Positions 50,034 through 63,066 of a stretch of 64,000 bases of DNA are shown here, one piece after another. Position 1 is the stretch's first letter. Each line of letters starts with the position of its first letter. The notes beneath the pieces were generated by a model. It ran no database searches and had not been told where the DNA came from. It saw only the letters and a list, made by a program, of their open reading frames with translations. Position numbers and translations under genes: made by a program. The stretch lies in assembly GCA_965112155.1 (NCBI GenBank), contig OZ218099.1; one strand, 5' to 3'. This stretch comes from Podarcis liolepis (taxonomy: Eukaryota).

Positions 50034-51029
50034 CTTACTTACACGATTACGGAGTGTGTTTGCCTGGCTGGAATAGTCTGATAATGCCCCTGAAGGCTGT
50101 GTGTGAGTGTAAAACTCTATCTCACTGTACAAAGGTAGAAACGCTATCTATTGCTCCTCCTCCTTTTGCCTCCGACCCACAGCCTGGCATGTAGTCCTCA
50201 GCACTGAAAACTTTCATTACTGGATCTTAAGTGTAGATGTGGAGAGTGCAGGCATGCCCTCTTGTTTTCCTAAAGTGGTACAGAGCTTTGTTTTCATAGG
50301 CAAACATCTAAGCAGTCACAAATGGCGACGGGAGCTGTGGGATCTATTTTGCTTCCTGCTGTTGGTGGCGACGCTTTGCAGAGTGCCTTCAAGAGAGAGG
50401 AGTAGGAGATGGGGCAAAGAGGGGAGGGTGCAGGTGCAGGTCGCCACTTTTGTTTGGGCAAAATATGGGACAGGTCAGGCAAAATAGAGGGGAATTTGTG
50501 GGTGTAAAATTTACTTTTACCTGGTGCAGAAATGAGTTCAAAGCAATCCATTGCAATGACCAAATGAATCTGTCAGTCACTGCAAGCCATCCAATATGGA
50601 AAGGAAATCTTTCCCACCTGCTGAATTTCTGCCTGCCAGAAAGATGAGAAATGTAGAAACCCAGCCAAAAAAAGAACGAGGGGGAGAGATAACGACAAAT
50701 TCTTAGCTTTCAAGGGACTGAGGCTGCTGCTCCAGGGAACGTTTTGCTTGTCCCTCTTAGAGCCATCGGCAAGAGCTCGGCCCAATCCAGAAGAGTCTGC
50801 TGCAAGCTGCTGAGCTCTATTGGCTAACCTGGAGCATCAATCAGCCAGCTTAACTTCTGAGGTGTCTAGCAAGCTAGGCTGCATGAGACAAGCATGTTGG
50901 CGTAAGCGCACAAAGGAGGAAACTTTTAATGCCCATTTTATACTTTCCATGACTTTGAAAATGGGGCAAAAGGCATCCCAAACGGCACAGGGGATGCTGC
51001 TATTCAAAACAGGGCGATCCTGTGGGGTT

Positions 51030-51276
51030 TTTATTATTATTATTATTTGATATCCCGCCTTTCACTCCCTTTAAGGAGTCTCAAAGTGGCTAACATTCTC
51101 CTTTCCCTTCCTCCCCCACAACAAACACTCTGTGAGGTGAGTGGGGCTGAGAGACTTCAGAGAAGCGTGACTGGCCCAAGGTCACCCAGCAGCTGCATGT
51201 GGAGGAGCGGAGACGCGAACCCGGTTCCCCAGATTACGAGACTACCGCTCTTAACCACTACACCACACTGGCTCTC
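51030..51276 (-). mobile_element. Young tRNA-derived SINE
   Basis: Minus strand GAGAGCCAGTGTGGTGTAGTGGTTAAGAGC...GGTTCGCGTCTCC boxes, CpGs retained, (TAA)n tail. Confidence 0.8.
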
Positions 51277-51804
51277 AAAGGGCCAGTTTCAAAGGGACGG
51301 GGGCAACCCTAGCGCAGGTGCATCGTGTGAGGTGTTCAAAAGGGATCGTGGCCACTATCCCTTCCCCTAAACAGCCCCTGGTGGTTCCTCTCCTCCAAGT
51401 CACCAGCAGCCAGGAGCACATAGTTCTGCATCTCCCATGAGGAGGCGAAAACAACCCAGGGAGTAATCAAGGCTGTCACTGTCTATGCTTGGGAACCAGG
51501 TGCTTCCAAGGCCAGATAGCAACAGTGTGAGATGCTCCCTGGGGCGTCATCTCCTTGGCAGCACTCCTGGGAGACAAGATCTCAGGAAGCTACAGCGCAG
51601 CTAACACTTGCCTGAGAACCAAAAGATAAAGCACAGCCTGAAGTAGGCGTGAGTGTGGGTGTTTAAAAACCATTCTGCTTGTGTTACAGGTTCCAGCAGG
51701 TGACAGTCAGGGGTTGTCTTGCCCCAACGTTGCTTTCTCCGACAGCACCAGTGATTTCTTTTGAAAAAAATCAGGCATGCAAGGGCAAAAAGAGGTGTAT
51801 TGTG

Positions 51805-52217
51805 TCAGGGCCTTTTCAACACTGGCTCCGGCCTGGTGCAACGCTCTGTCTCATGAGACCAGGGCCCTGCAGGATCTGATTTCTTGCCGTAGGGCTTGTA
51901 AGACAGAGTTGTTCCGCCTGGCCTTTGGCTTGGAATCAGCTTGATCCCCTTCCCCTCTATCCTTTTTCCTTCTGTGATGGAACTCCTATTTAGGGACTTC
52001 GTTGGCTTTTTTTCTGGCCCACGTAGGACCAATCTGGATAGTTGGCCTTGGTGAAGATTTGACGTTTTCATCCCCCAAAAGTTTTTGATTTGAGTTTCTA
52101 CTGAAATGAGGCTGCATATTAATCCTGTTTTTAAGTTGTATTTTAATCAATTGTTTTATACCTGGTGTTAGCTGCCCTGAGCCCGGTCTTGGCTGGGGAG
52201 GGTGGGGTATAAATAAA

Positions 52218-52264
<47 letters not shown>
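51805..52264 (+). mobile_element. L2 LINE 3' end with (TTA)n tail (approx.)
   Basis: Closely similar to 31535-31985. Confidence 0.8.
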
Positions 52265-52265
<1 letters not shown>

Positions 52266-52390
52266 GTCTAATCGCACCCACAAATTCAGTTAGAAGGGTT
52301 ATGGCCAGCTGCCCCCCCTCCCCAGACAGGTTGAAAGAGTCTAGCAAGGCAAGGACCAAGGCAAATTGGGCCACCAGAACAATGTGTGTA

Positions 52391-52619
52391 CAGTGGAACC
52401 TTGGTTCTCGAGCTTAATGCGTTCGACTCCCAAAACTGTTCGAAAACCAAGGCACGGCTTCCAACTGGCTGCAGGAGCTTCCTGCACTCAAGCAGAAGAC
52501 ACGTCGGATCTTCGGCTTCCAAAAAACGTTCACAAACCAGAACACTTACTTCTGGGTTTGAAGCATTCGGGAGCCAGTTTGTTCGACAACTAAGCCATTC
52601 GGGAACCAAGGTACCACGG
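52391..52619. mobile_element. Tc1/pogo-type MITE
   Basis: TIRs and TA flanks; related to 47011 and 62825. Confidence 0.85.
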
Positions 52620-52782
52620 TATTAAAGATACAGTTCTACCCTGTTTCAACGGAACTACACTCTTTTAGCAGTATTTACCCATATCCATTAGAAATTCTTC
52701 CATTATTGATTTAAATACAGATCAGGAGTTTAGACTGATGCATCTCAGATGCTTCAGAATTTTTACTCTTGGATTTGGAATA

Positions 52783-53229
52783 CGGACTCTCCAATTGTCC
52801 CTATTTTCCAGGACAGTCCTGGATTTACAGAAGGTTTCTGATTCGATCCTGAAATGTCCTGCTTTTCCTTAAGACGTCCCCTATTTTTGTTGGAGAAATG
52901 TTGGATGGTATGGAGTTATGTGACATGCACACACACACACACACACATACACACACACACACACCCCTGCCAAGGAGAAAAGTAACTATGCAACCCTTAG
53001 ACAGCATCTGTACAGGGAAGCTTTTTTAATGTTGAATTTTTTATTATGGTTTATACATATGTTGGAAGCTACACAGAGTGGCTGGGGTGACCCAGATGGG
53101 CAGGATAAAAATAACAACACGTAACAACACGTAACAACACGTAACAACACGTAACAACACGTAACATAACATAACAACGTAACATAACATGATGTCCCTA
53201 ATTTCGTCAGAGAAATATTAGAGCGTGTG
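52783..53229 (+). mobile_element. Third copy of the composite MITE, with (CA)n and (AACAACACGT)5 expansions
   Basis: Same internal sequence; TSD GGAATA/GGAATG. Confidence 0.7.
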
Positions 53230-53839
53230 GGAATGTAGTTTTGGTGTAGTACACTCCCTCTTGCTATCCCATAGAAATGACTGGATATGCCCTGCTGAAT
53301 GTTTCTCAATAGCACACTGCAGAATGCTCTGAAAGGGAGATGAAGGAGAAACCCCAGGATCTTTGCTTTGGGATTGTAATCTGGCCTCGACCTGCTGGTA
53401 GAAACATGCCCACATCAATTCTTGTTATTTATGCTCTTTCCTTGGCTTATCTCGCAGGCTCAAGACAGAATCCTCAAAACAACTCTGTGAACTGAGACCA
53501 TTATTTGCCCAAGGCCAACTGGTGTGTGTTTCCTGGCTGTGTAGGGATTTGAACCCAGGAGCCTAGGGAACCAATACGATTTCACCTTCTTCTGCTCTGG
53601 ATATTAAGTCATCCGGGAAGGACCAAGCTGCTTCTGACCTCTTTATGCTGCATGCATCTTATCTACTTCCCTTCTCTCGGCTCCTGTCTGCACATCACCT
53701 TTGCTTACCATCCACTGTGTACCTGGCTTAGACTTGTGGTGATGATGCTCTTAACGGTGCCTCTGGCTATTGCTATTGCCATTGGGAGTGGGCTTTTCCA
53801 ATTTTAGGACCTGCTATCCTTGATCTCTGCTGACAAAGC

Positions 53840-54285
53840 TCCGTATGGTTAAAGCTATGGTTTCCCCAGTAGTGATGTATGGAAGTGAGAGCTGGACCAT
53901 AAAGAAGGCTGATCACCAAAGAATTGATGCTTTTGAATTATGATACTGGAGGAGACTCTTGAGAGTCCCATGGACTGCAAGAAGATCAAACCTATCCATT
54001 CTGAAGGAAATCAGCCTTGAGTTCTCACTGGAAGGACAGATCCTGAAGCTGAGGCTCCAATACTTTGGCCACCTTATGAGAAGAGAAGACTCCCTGGAAA
54101 AGACCCTGATGTTGGGAAAGATGAAGGGTACAAGGATAAGGGGACGACAGAGGACGAGATGGTTGGACAGCGTTCTCGAAGCTACAAACATGAGTTTGAC
54201 CAAACTGCGGGAGGCAGTGGAAGACAGGAGTGCCTGGTGTGCTCTGGTCCATGGGGTCACAAAGAGTCAGACATGACTAAACTTC
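53840..54285 (+). mobile_element. Bov-B (RTE) LINE 3' fragment (approx.)
   Basis: RVPWTARRSNLSILKEI...RWLDSVLEATNMSL...VHGVTKSQT. Confidence 0.92.
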
Positions 54286-55949
54286 AACATCCCTGATCCC
54301 AGCTTTTTGGACCCCAAGTCCAAAAATACTTAGAGTAAATAAGGACCACTAGATCCTTCTTGTTGTTGTTTTCAACAGTGGACATAAATCTCTTTGGGAT
54401 TGCAAGGGTAAATCCACTGGAATAATAGCAGTGATCATTTGGCTTTTATTAGTAGTTGTAAATGAGTTCCTTGGGTGTGATTTCCTTATTAATTGGCATT
54501 ATGTAAGCCCCTTTGGCCACGGAAATGTCTTTCCGCGCACCACAAAAGTTATTACTAATGCCATTAATTGCTGTGACATTTCAGTCTTCTGCAGGCTGTT
54601 TCTAAGGAGTTAGCCCAGAACGCTGTCACAATCTGACCACTTATGCGAAGCCTTGAAGCTGAATGCTTTCATTCTCCGCTGCCTCCTTATGCTGAAGTTA
54701 TGCATCAGTGCTGGTGTGTCACGGATACTGTATGGTGTTCGTAAGCTATATATTTTGGAGTTATTATTCAACGGAAAGATTGGCAGTTGTTGTTGCTTAC
54801 TTAGCAGCAGTAGTACATCTATTACAATCAGCCAACCATAATTACAGAATCCAAGCCTCAATAAAACAGATGATAATGAGTGACATGTTATGATCTAGTG
54901 ATCGTAACAGGTCTTTGATAGCTAAGAAGATAGCTGTTGGGAGGTAGAGCCAAAATGTAAAATGGCAACCAAGGTATTTGTGTGTCAAAAGCTCATGCCT
55001 AGTGTTTCACTGGAACAAAGCATTCTTGACTATTTTTTCCATCAACAAGTATGCAGACAAGAGCGTGGTGCTCTGAGAATGGATTGTTCTGGTGAACTAT
55101 CCAGTGAAATCGGGTGCCTTTCCCCAGAAATGAAATGCCTTCCTCTCTAAGCGTTTGGTGCAATTCTAGGATGCGTTTTAAGTCTTAGTGTGAAACTCAG
55201 AGATTGTCCATGTCAAATTGGGGCTGCTGAAATCCTAGTACACACAGTGTGTTGGAAACTTGGGGCCAAGTTACATGTGACGTTTGTATCTAATGTGAGG
55301 GCAAGTCCTGTGGTATTTTCTTTCTGCTCAGAAATGTTTATTTATATCTACTTTCTTTCTGAGAAATACTTGTTATTTGTGGATTTTGGAGCACTCCTGT
55401 AGTATGAGGGACTAATGGATGGACAACAAAAGTAGGTTTTCTGTAAGTGTTTACGGTGAGGAAGAGTCTTAAAGCAAGTGGCACAGTAATAAAACTGTTA
55501 GCACGTTTGCAGAGTTAAGCAGGGTCCGGAATGGTTTCAAATGTGTTGAGATTCCTGCATTGCAGAGGGTTGTACAAGGTGACCCTTAGTTGGATGGCCA
55601 AACCTCTACTTCAAACTTGAGTAGTTTGAAGTTCTCTTTGCCAATTCTGTATTTGAACACACAGCATAGAATCATCAGTTTCATTTAGATACCTGTTTGG
55701 GCTGCCTATATTAATGTATATGTTTAAGTAGGATTGATGGAATAATCTTATTGCAGGTAATGGGTTTTGTTTGTTTTTGAATTAATTTTGCTTTATTGCT
55801 ATTTTAATTAATTTTTATTAATTTATCTCCCCTTTTTCCTGTTATGTTTATTAATTAAAACTTAAACAAACAGGCAGAGACTCACCTCCAAGTCCTCTGT
55901 TGTGAGTCACCCAGAGTGGTTGGGGAAACCCAGCCAGATGGACAGGGTA

Positions 55950-55992
<43 letters not shown>

Positions 55993-56840
55993 TACATTAA
56001 ACTTAGGTTAGCAGCAACTGCCTCCCTGCCAGTAAACCCAATGGTTTTCCTGATCCATATTCCATGCAGGATGAATATTTCTTCACTGCACTGAGGTGAT
56101 GCTAAATTTCAGTACTGTGTGTAGCAGCTCTTGGTTACATATATGATTATCCCAGTGTGAAGATATAGGAGGATTTATGGGGGTGGTGGGTGGGAGAGAT
56201 TCTTTCTATCTTTTGCTCCCATCATCTCGGCTGACAGCATGTACCTCCCACATGAAGCTAGTTGCCCTGGGGAAAGGAGGAGAACCCAGCTGGCTGTATT
56301 GTGAAAAGGGTGGCATTGCTGGCTGGGCTCCAGCGTTTTCATGGAACAGTCGCTAAGCATCTGTTGGGAAAGACTTTATCTCAACTGTGCATATTTAACA
56401 CTACGAGACCAATTATTTCTTTGGAATCGTGGGCAATTGGTGCTTCTAAAGACCAGCAGCAACCGCAGGGTTGGGTAGGGTGGACAGGAAGGAGAGGTGA
56501 ATCCTTTGGCTCCCCAGCGGCTAGCAAAATCATTGTGGCACGAACGCTTGTGGGCGGGAGCCTCCTTCAGTGCACCTGGATGTCTGAGAAAGGAAGGAAG
56601 GAAGCATATTGATAAATGACGAACTGCCGTGCATGAATAGTTGACGTCAGAGGTTTTGCATGCACTGCCTTTGAGAATATGGGACCCACTAGAAGTGGTG
56701 AGTAATGAACAGGCGGAAATCAGGATATATGGACTTAGCTGAGAAGCTGCTCTGTGAACAAAGGTTGCCCCCACAACTGAGGGTTCAAAGCCACTTTCAG
56801 GATCACGTATTGAGAGTTAAGTTGCAGAGGACTGTTCCTT

Positions 56841-56980
56841 TGGAATCCTTTCCCTACCCAAGGAGGCTCACCTGAGGCTTTTAGCTGTCCATTTGTTGTC
56901 TCTTGTATTTTGGAATCCTTTCCCTACCCAAGGAGGCTCACCTGAGGCTTTTAGCTGTCCATTTGTTGTCTCTTGTATTT
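56841..56980 (+). repeat. Exact 70-bp tandem duplication
   Basis: 56841-56910 equals 56911-56980. Confidence 0.95.
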
Positions 56981-57022
56981 TCGATTTCCTAATTGGTGTT
57001 TTATTTCTGTTTGTCTCTACTC

Positions 57023-57071
<49 letters not shown>

Positions 57072-57076
<5 letters not shown>

Positions 57077-57347
57077 GGTTTTGGTGTCTTCGGGTGTCTT
57101 CCCGTGTAAGAGTTGGGGTGTCTAGGCGACGTTTCGACGAGGTCTCACTCGTCATCTTCAGGCTGGTGCTTTCGGCTTCTTGTTACTGGAACAGAGCTCT
57201 GTTCCAGTAACAAGAAGCCGAAAGCACCAGCCTGAAGATGACGAGTGAGACCTCGTCGAAACGTCGCCTAGACACCCCAACTCTTACACGGGAAGACACC
57301 CGAAGACACCAAAACCTGCATTCCTGTACCCGTGAAAATCTACGAAA

Positions 57348-57349
<2 letters not shown>
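57072..57349. mobile_element. Penelope-like element, family B, 250-bp perfect palindrome within (TA)n
   Basis: 57072-57321 is a spacer-less perfect palindrome. 28-nt asymmetric tail TCCTGTACCCGTGAAAATCTACGAAAGC. Each arm carries CTGAAGA-T-GACGAG..CTCGTC-GAAAC-GTC. Flanked by (TA)n at 57027-57072 and 57350-57389. Confidence 0.8.
57230..57267 (+). ncRNA. Minimal hammerhead-like motif, family B (mirror copy on - strand)
   Basis: CUGAAGA 57232-57238, 6-bp stem II, GAAA 57258-57261, palindromic ACGU stem III, GUC triplet ending at 57265. Local stem I is only 2 bp. Confidence 0.6.
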
Positions 57350-57393
<44 letters not shown>

Positions 57394-58068
57394 AGTGCAG
57401 ACTCATAGAGAAAGCTGATGTTCCCAGCATTCGCTTCTATGCTTTTCCTTCTCTGTGTCACTGCAAATCTTAAAACTCATCCTTCTTTTTCTGCCTGTGA
57501 TTCCTCTGCATTTACACACCTGGGTTCTCAACCTGTGCAGAGCCAACTCTTTTTCCTAGACCTCTAGCTAGGGAGCAGGCGCTCATTTTCTCTTCCATTG
57601 AGCGGAAAATGCTTATGAATTTCCCATGCCTCAAGGGGTGGAGCTGCTGCCTTTCCACCAAAATCTGCCGTGCCAAACTGCTTCGCTTAACGGCTTCGTT
57701 TGATGACGAGTGCCCGCAGTGACTTTATGATTTTCCTGCTCATTAAAAAGTAGGTCAGTAAAGTAGGCCGCCCAAATGAATAAGGAAGAAATTGTGCCAT
57801 CGTTTTGCGGCGACGTGCTTTGGCAGAGCTCTATAGATTGAGCGGGGGCTGTTTTGTTGTGTGCGTAGGTGCCGTTATCTAAGAGTTCAGGTTCGCTGCA
57901 TGTGACTTTTTGGGAAGGTGTATCATCAGGTTATGTAGCTAGAAGGGAAACAGAAAGCAGGCTTTAACTATCAAGGCGTCATCCAAGATACTGGCTTTCA
58001 CTTGCCCTTTCACTTGGTTGATTGTGCAAAAAATGCATTAATTTAACTAAGGTAAGGTGGCACTGATG

Positions 58069-58573
58069 CATAGCTGTCAACTTACAGATTTGAAAATAAG
58101 GGACCAGCAGCCTCGAAAATAAGGGATCAGCAACCAAAATAAGGGATTTTGCAAACACAAGTATGTTCAACTTCTGAGCCCCTCCGAGCCAAAGTCAGAA
58201 AGCCCAGCCAGCAGCCAAACAAAGCCTCAAGCGGTGGTTCCCACAGCGCAGCAACCCGGCAAAGGGGATGCAGCAAGGAAAACACCATCACCTCTCCGCT
58301 GGGAAACGCTGAGCAAGGGCGAGTCCCCAGGCAACGCGACCGATTTGATCGGCACAAGGCATGCAATCTCCCCCACCCCAGTCGTTCTTAGACTCCTTTT
58401 TGGGTGAGCAACGCAGCCAAGCAACACAGTTGGAGCCTCCCTCCTCCCTGGCCGGCAGGGAGGAAGGGAGAGGAGCTGCTTCCTTTGAAACCCGGGAAAT
58501 TTAAGGGACATCAGCGGGACATGCGCTGAGATAAGGGACTTTCCCGCCAAATAAGGGACGGTTGACAGCTATG
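58069..58573. mobile_element. hAT non-autonomous element
   Basis: Perfect TIR CATAGCTGTCAAC; 8-bp TSD CACTGATG/CACCGATG; subterminal ATAAGGGA repeats. Confidence 0.9.
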
Positions 58574-61500
58574 CACCGATGCATCAGTTTAATTAAGAAC
58601 TTCCTTGTTAACGTTGAAGCTGTTTTGAAGGGTGGTGTTCCTCTCTATACAACCTCCCAAGCTGAGTCTCAAATAACAGACCCTGGCCTGTCTCCCACAC
58701 CATTTCTAATCCCATAGTTTGAAAAAAACAAAACAAACAAAAACCCCTCATCAAATAGGTTATTAATGAGTGAAACTGTTCTCTTTTTTCCTGGTAAGCT
58801 TGCTGGAGGCACATACTTACAAACACTTTCAAACTTTTGTGAATTCACGGCATTTTCTTTGTACTTGGACCCCATGCAACCAATTTCTTCTGTACCGCTG
58901 CATCATTGTGACAATGTTTTCTCTGCTAATTGGTTTGCCATTCTCAAAAAGGCCTCTTATAACCTGCGTATTCACGCTTCCCACTGCAAAATCTGGGTGT
59001 TCCAGGAAGGGAATGGAGTGGCAAGATCCGAGAAGTTAGGTGTGTTGTGCCAAGTTTTCCAAGCCTGAAAATTGCTTTTGAAAATGAGTTTACTAGTTTG
59101 CTCAGCACAGCCAGCAAAGCGGAAGTCCCTGGAACCTCAGGATTCCATATTCACTCTGCAATCTTGTCTATGATTCCTCATAATGGACATTATCTGCCTT
59201 TTAGGGGAACTCTCCCATATTGTGTTCCACCAAAACAATGTTAAGTAACATTCAAAGATTTTTAAAATGCATTACATTGCAGCACAAGAACACAAACTGC
59301 TCTGAAGGTTTTATTTATAGTCGAGTAGTATATTAATTTTAAGATATAAATAATACATTTAAATACGTATTTTTGCACAAAATATGAATTTCTCAATGTG
59401 TTGTGTCTCAGAGTAAGCATTTCTAAATTTGTTTTATCAAAAAAACAAACAGCTATTTGTATGGGTATTTCTGCTTGTTTGTTTGTTTGAGCCAAGAACA
59501 ACACCATAGCATTCAAGAGATGTGAAATTTGAAGGATGACTGCATTATGATCTAAACATTAATCCAGTCCCTTTTTATTAAAATGGTCAAAGAATGAATT
59601 CCTCGAGCATCCCTAATACTGCCTGGCTTATTTAAAAAGACAACCATAAGAAAATAAAATGATATTAATAAAACCATGACTGATATGGAAGATGTGAAGT
59701 GTGTTAGCTCTTCCTCTCCCAGGAATCCAGGGGAAAACCCTTGCTTGAAGACATCCCTTGTGTCTGTGATATACAAGAAGCATAAGGCGTTTCGCCTACT
59801 TGCATACTAATTTGAAGAAACGAGCTGAATTGGTTCAATCTCCAGGTGATTAGGGCCAATTACAAGCTTGACCATCTTCTGTTGAGCTGCTTCAGTAATC
59901 CATTTCCCGTATTGTGCTGGTTGCTGGATGTCAGATCACCCAACTGACGGTGTTTGTGTGTGTATTATTTCAGTACCACACTCCATGTGCTGTGTTATCA
60001 AGTATATGATTATGGAATAATGTGTTTTGTGGCTCAGGTTTAAGTCCCTGAAATAAGAAGACTGCAGTGGAAATGTTGACAGGGTTGTTGGTGGCAACTG
60101 CAGAACCCAATGCCACTCTCATTTTCCATCCTGGCTTCCTGTGGAAGCTGCTGTGCTGTACATAAGTAAAACCATATTTTCCTAGAAAGTGAATTGGTGT
60201 GCTCAGCATGGCATCATTCTGATGTATTTACCCTGCTTATTTAATCCTGCCACTGGTTTTATCACCAAAGACTGCATCGTGGTAGTGTTTCTGTGCTGGA
60301 CCCGGCAGTACACAATAGAAGTTTATAGTGACCCACCCTGGCTCCCCACCAGTATGCAAGTCTTGACAGGAAGCTATGTGGCCTTGAGGTTTTATGGAAC
60401 TTGGAGCTCAAATCTTGGTATTTCTGTGGGTGCTTGTATGGTTCCATACACGTCTGATTGTTGCTTGGGTCTCTTCTGGAACTCATGTGCATCAAGTAGT
60501 TCAGAGACTATGCACCATCATAACTAAGCCCACCTTTCTGTGTTTTCTGAAGGAGTTGCTAGCTCCCTCTGGCCTTACTGAGCTTTCCTCTGGCACTCCA
60601 AAGGCATGGGGGCAGCAGGAAAGGAAGGCCCAGTGGTAAGGGGGAGGCAGGTGCATATATAAGGGACGTGTCTCCTTTTTCTGGGCATCTGGCCTTGGAA
60701 AGAGAGGAGAGGAGCCAGCAGAACAAGGATGTCACTCATCATCAAACACCTGGACCCAGTTCTTCCCCAGATATAACCCAGTTGGGCATCTGTCTAACAC
60801 AGCATAAGGAAGCCTCGTTCATTATATACTAGCTTCCCTCCCATCGTTTTTACCTCAGAACAAACCTTAGTGAGGCCAGTGTCTTCATGATCGAGAGCTG
60901 GAGACGATAAGTGGAAATGACAACATAATGCTGCTCCGTAATTTGGGAACCCATTCTGCACTTGAGGCATTAGAAATTTTCCACAAGGTATTTGTGTCCA
61001 CTAGGCATTCATTAATTTTCCATCAAGAACTGCAAGCACTGGATCACCCTTCTCTTGAGTGACTCAGCGATATAGCCAGCTTCCTCCTAGCAAATTAACA
61101 TTTGTAAAAGGGGGTGCTCGCTCATTAAAATGTGCTAATTAATATGGATGTAAATAATTTCAGTCTAATGCGAGGCTTTGGCTCAAGTTCCTGGGAGCAT
61201 ATTACTTGGCAGATTAGCATTTGAGAAATTGGGTTTGAGTGTCTTGCACAAAGCTCATTTTTCTGTACAATTGCTGCCCTCAATCTCAAATCAATATATC
61301 TTTCTTCTCCCCACCATTTTTGTGACCTTCCCCCACCCCCACATCCTTCCCCCAATCTAATCCTTGAGGAAAAGTCCTGACAATGAATCCAACCCTTAAG
61401 GTAAAATAGTCAGTATGTGCAAATGCTATATCTTGTAGTTGGATTTGTGTTTGGGAATTGAATTTCTTTTCTTCTTAAAACACACACGTACCAACCTGAA

Positions 61501-61721
61501 AAAGAGGAGGCCCAGTCTGGTCGATATAGGGTTGTTGCTTTTTTGCGTAAGTGAGGTACTCATCTGAATTCTGTACTTTTGGTGTAGAATGTGTTACGAC
61601 CGAGGGGGGAAGTGTTAATTTTATTTCCTCCAAAGCTCTCCTTCATGGTGAAGTAGCTCTTGCTTCTTGTACACTGCTCCTGTCCTGTGTTCTTCTGATC
61701 ACAGTCTCTTCTCTCCTGCAG

Positions 61722-61842
61722 CACTTTAGATATATTCCCTACCTTGGTGTCTCTGGCAAACGCAAGCCTCCCTCCCAACAGACAGTTTGATGGTATGGAT
61801 GTGTCTGAGGTCCTCTTCGGGCGGTCAAACAAAGGACACCAG
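61722..61842 (+). CDS. ARSG: ARSG coding exon 9 (gene continues beyond the window)
   Basis: CAG acceptor, 121 bp, [40 protein letters not shown], donor GTATGC. The nine exons total 1224 nt with no stop. Confidence 0.95.
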
Positions 61843-62606
61843 GTATGCAATTAACCTTAATATTTAGCTGAATTTTTGTGTGGAAATAGTGTGGCCTTTA
61901 TTACAGTGGTACGGTGTGTTTCTTTTTGCCCTTGGTGGCAACAATGGGATGCAGTCCGTAGTCCAAATCAGCTTTTTGCATCCTAATTTATCAACATTCC
62001 AGATGGAATGGCCTGAGATATTTCGTTGCCTGAAGTGAAAAATCTAAGCAGCACTCTCCATGGTGTTATTATTTAAAGTGTTCCTTTAATTGAGGGTGTG
62101 GTGGGTGGGGCACATAATTTTTTGCTTGCTTACCTTGGGTTTCCTGAGCAGGAGGGGCACAGTCCTTGGTTATATAATTTCACAAGACTTTGTTGAGGAA
62201 GAAGTGAGGAGTTCTGAACTCTCACGGTGCACTCTGAAGTTTTTCTAATTTGGCCCTTGGAGTTTGAAACTAGCCTCAAACTCAAAGGAGTATTGAAAAA
62301 TACTTTCTTTTTTCATGAACAAGATGCTGTTTTGCTGAGGGAAATCTCCAAAACCTGAGCAAGGCATCAGTTTGACATCATGTTTGGCTTCTCAGAACTT
62401 ATCACATGCACCAAGTGAATATGTGCATGTTAAATTTTGAGAAGCCATATATAATATTAGCCACTTGCGACGACAACTGCATAAGACCTAGTGAGGAGTG
62501 GGAGAGCATTCAGGGAATTCAGGCTGTCCTATGCATGTAGGGAATTATTTACTGTAAACAGCCAGAGCTGTAAATTAGAGAAATTAGAATGTCATCTAAT
62601 TCATGA

Positions 62607-62645
<39 letters not shown>

Positions 62646-62824
62646 AGGTTGTAGCACTGACTTAATATATTCTTCTTCAAAGATTTAGTAGAAAAGGTTG
62701 TATAATTCCAGAAATATTTGGAGCTGTGTATGGTGCTATTCTTTCACTACTAGTGAAATAACACACCCACAGAGTGTGGAGCATATGTGCATCCAAAATA
62801 TGTAATGGACCAATAATATTATTA

Positions 62825-63066
62825 CAGTGGTACCTCAGAAGTCGAGTGGAATCATGTTCCGGAAGTCCATTCAACTTCCCAAACATTCAAAAACCAAGGC
62901 ATGGCTTCCGATCAGCTGCAGGAAATTCCTGCAGCCAATCGGAAGCCGCGTTGGACGTTTGGGTTCCAAAGAATGTTTGCAAACTGGAACACTCACTTCC
63001 GGGTTTGTGGCGTTTGGGAGCCAAAACGTTCAACTCCCAAGGCATTCAGCTTCCAAGGTACGACTG
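62825..63066. mobile_element. Tc1/pogo-type MITE
   Basis: TIRs and TA flanks. Confidence 0.85.

Noticed and set aside
53113-53165. Regular 10-bp repeat array
   Set aside because: No spacers and eukaryotic context; a minisatellite in a TE tail, not CRISPR.
56893-57461. Two ORFs on opposite strands with identical C-termini
   Set aside because: A direct consequence of the palindrome and (TA)n, not genes.
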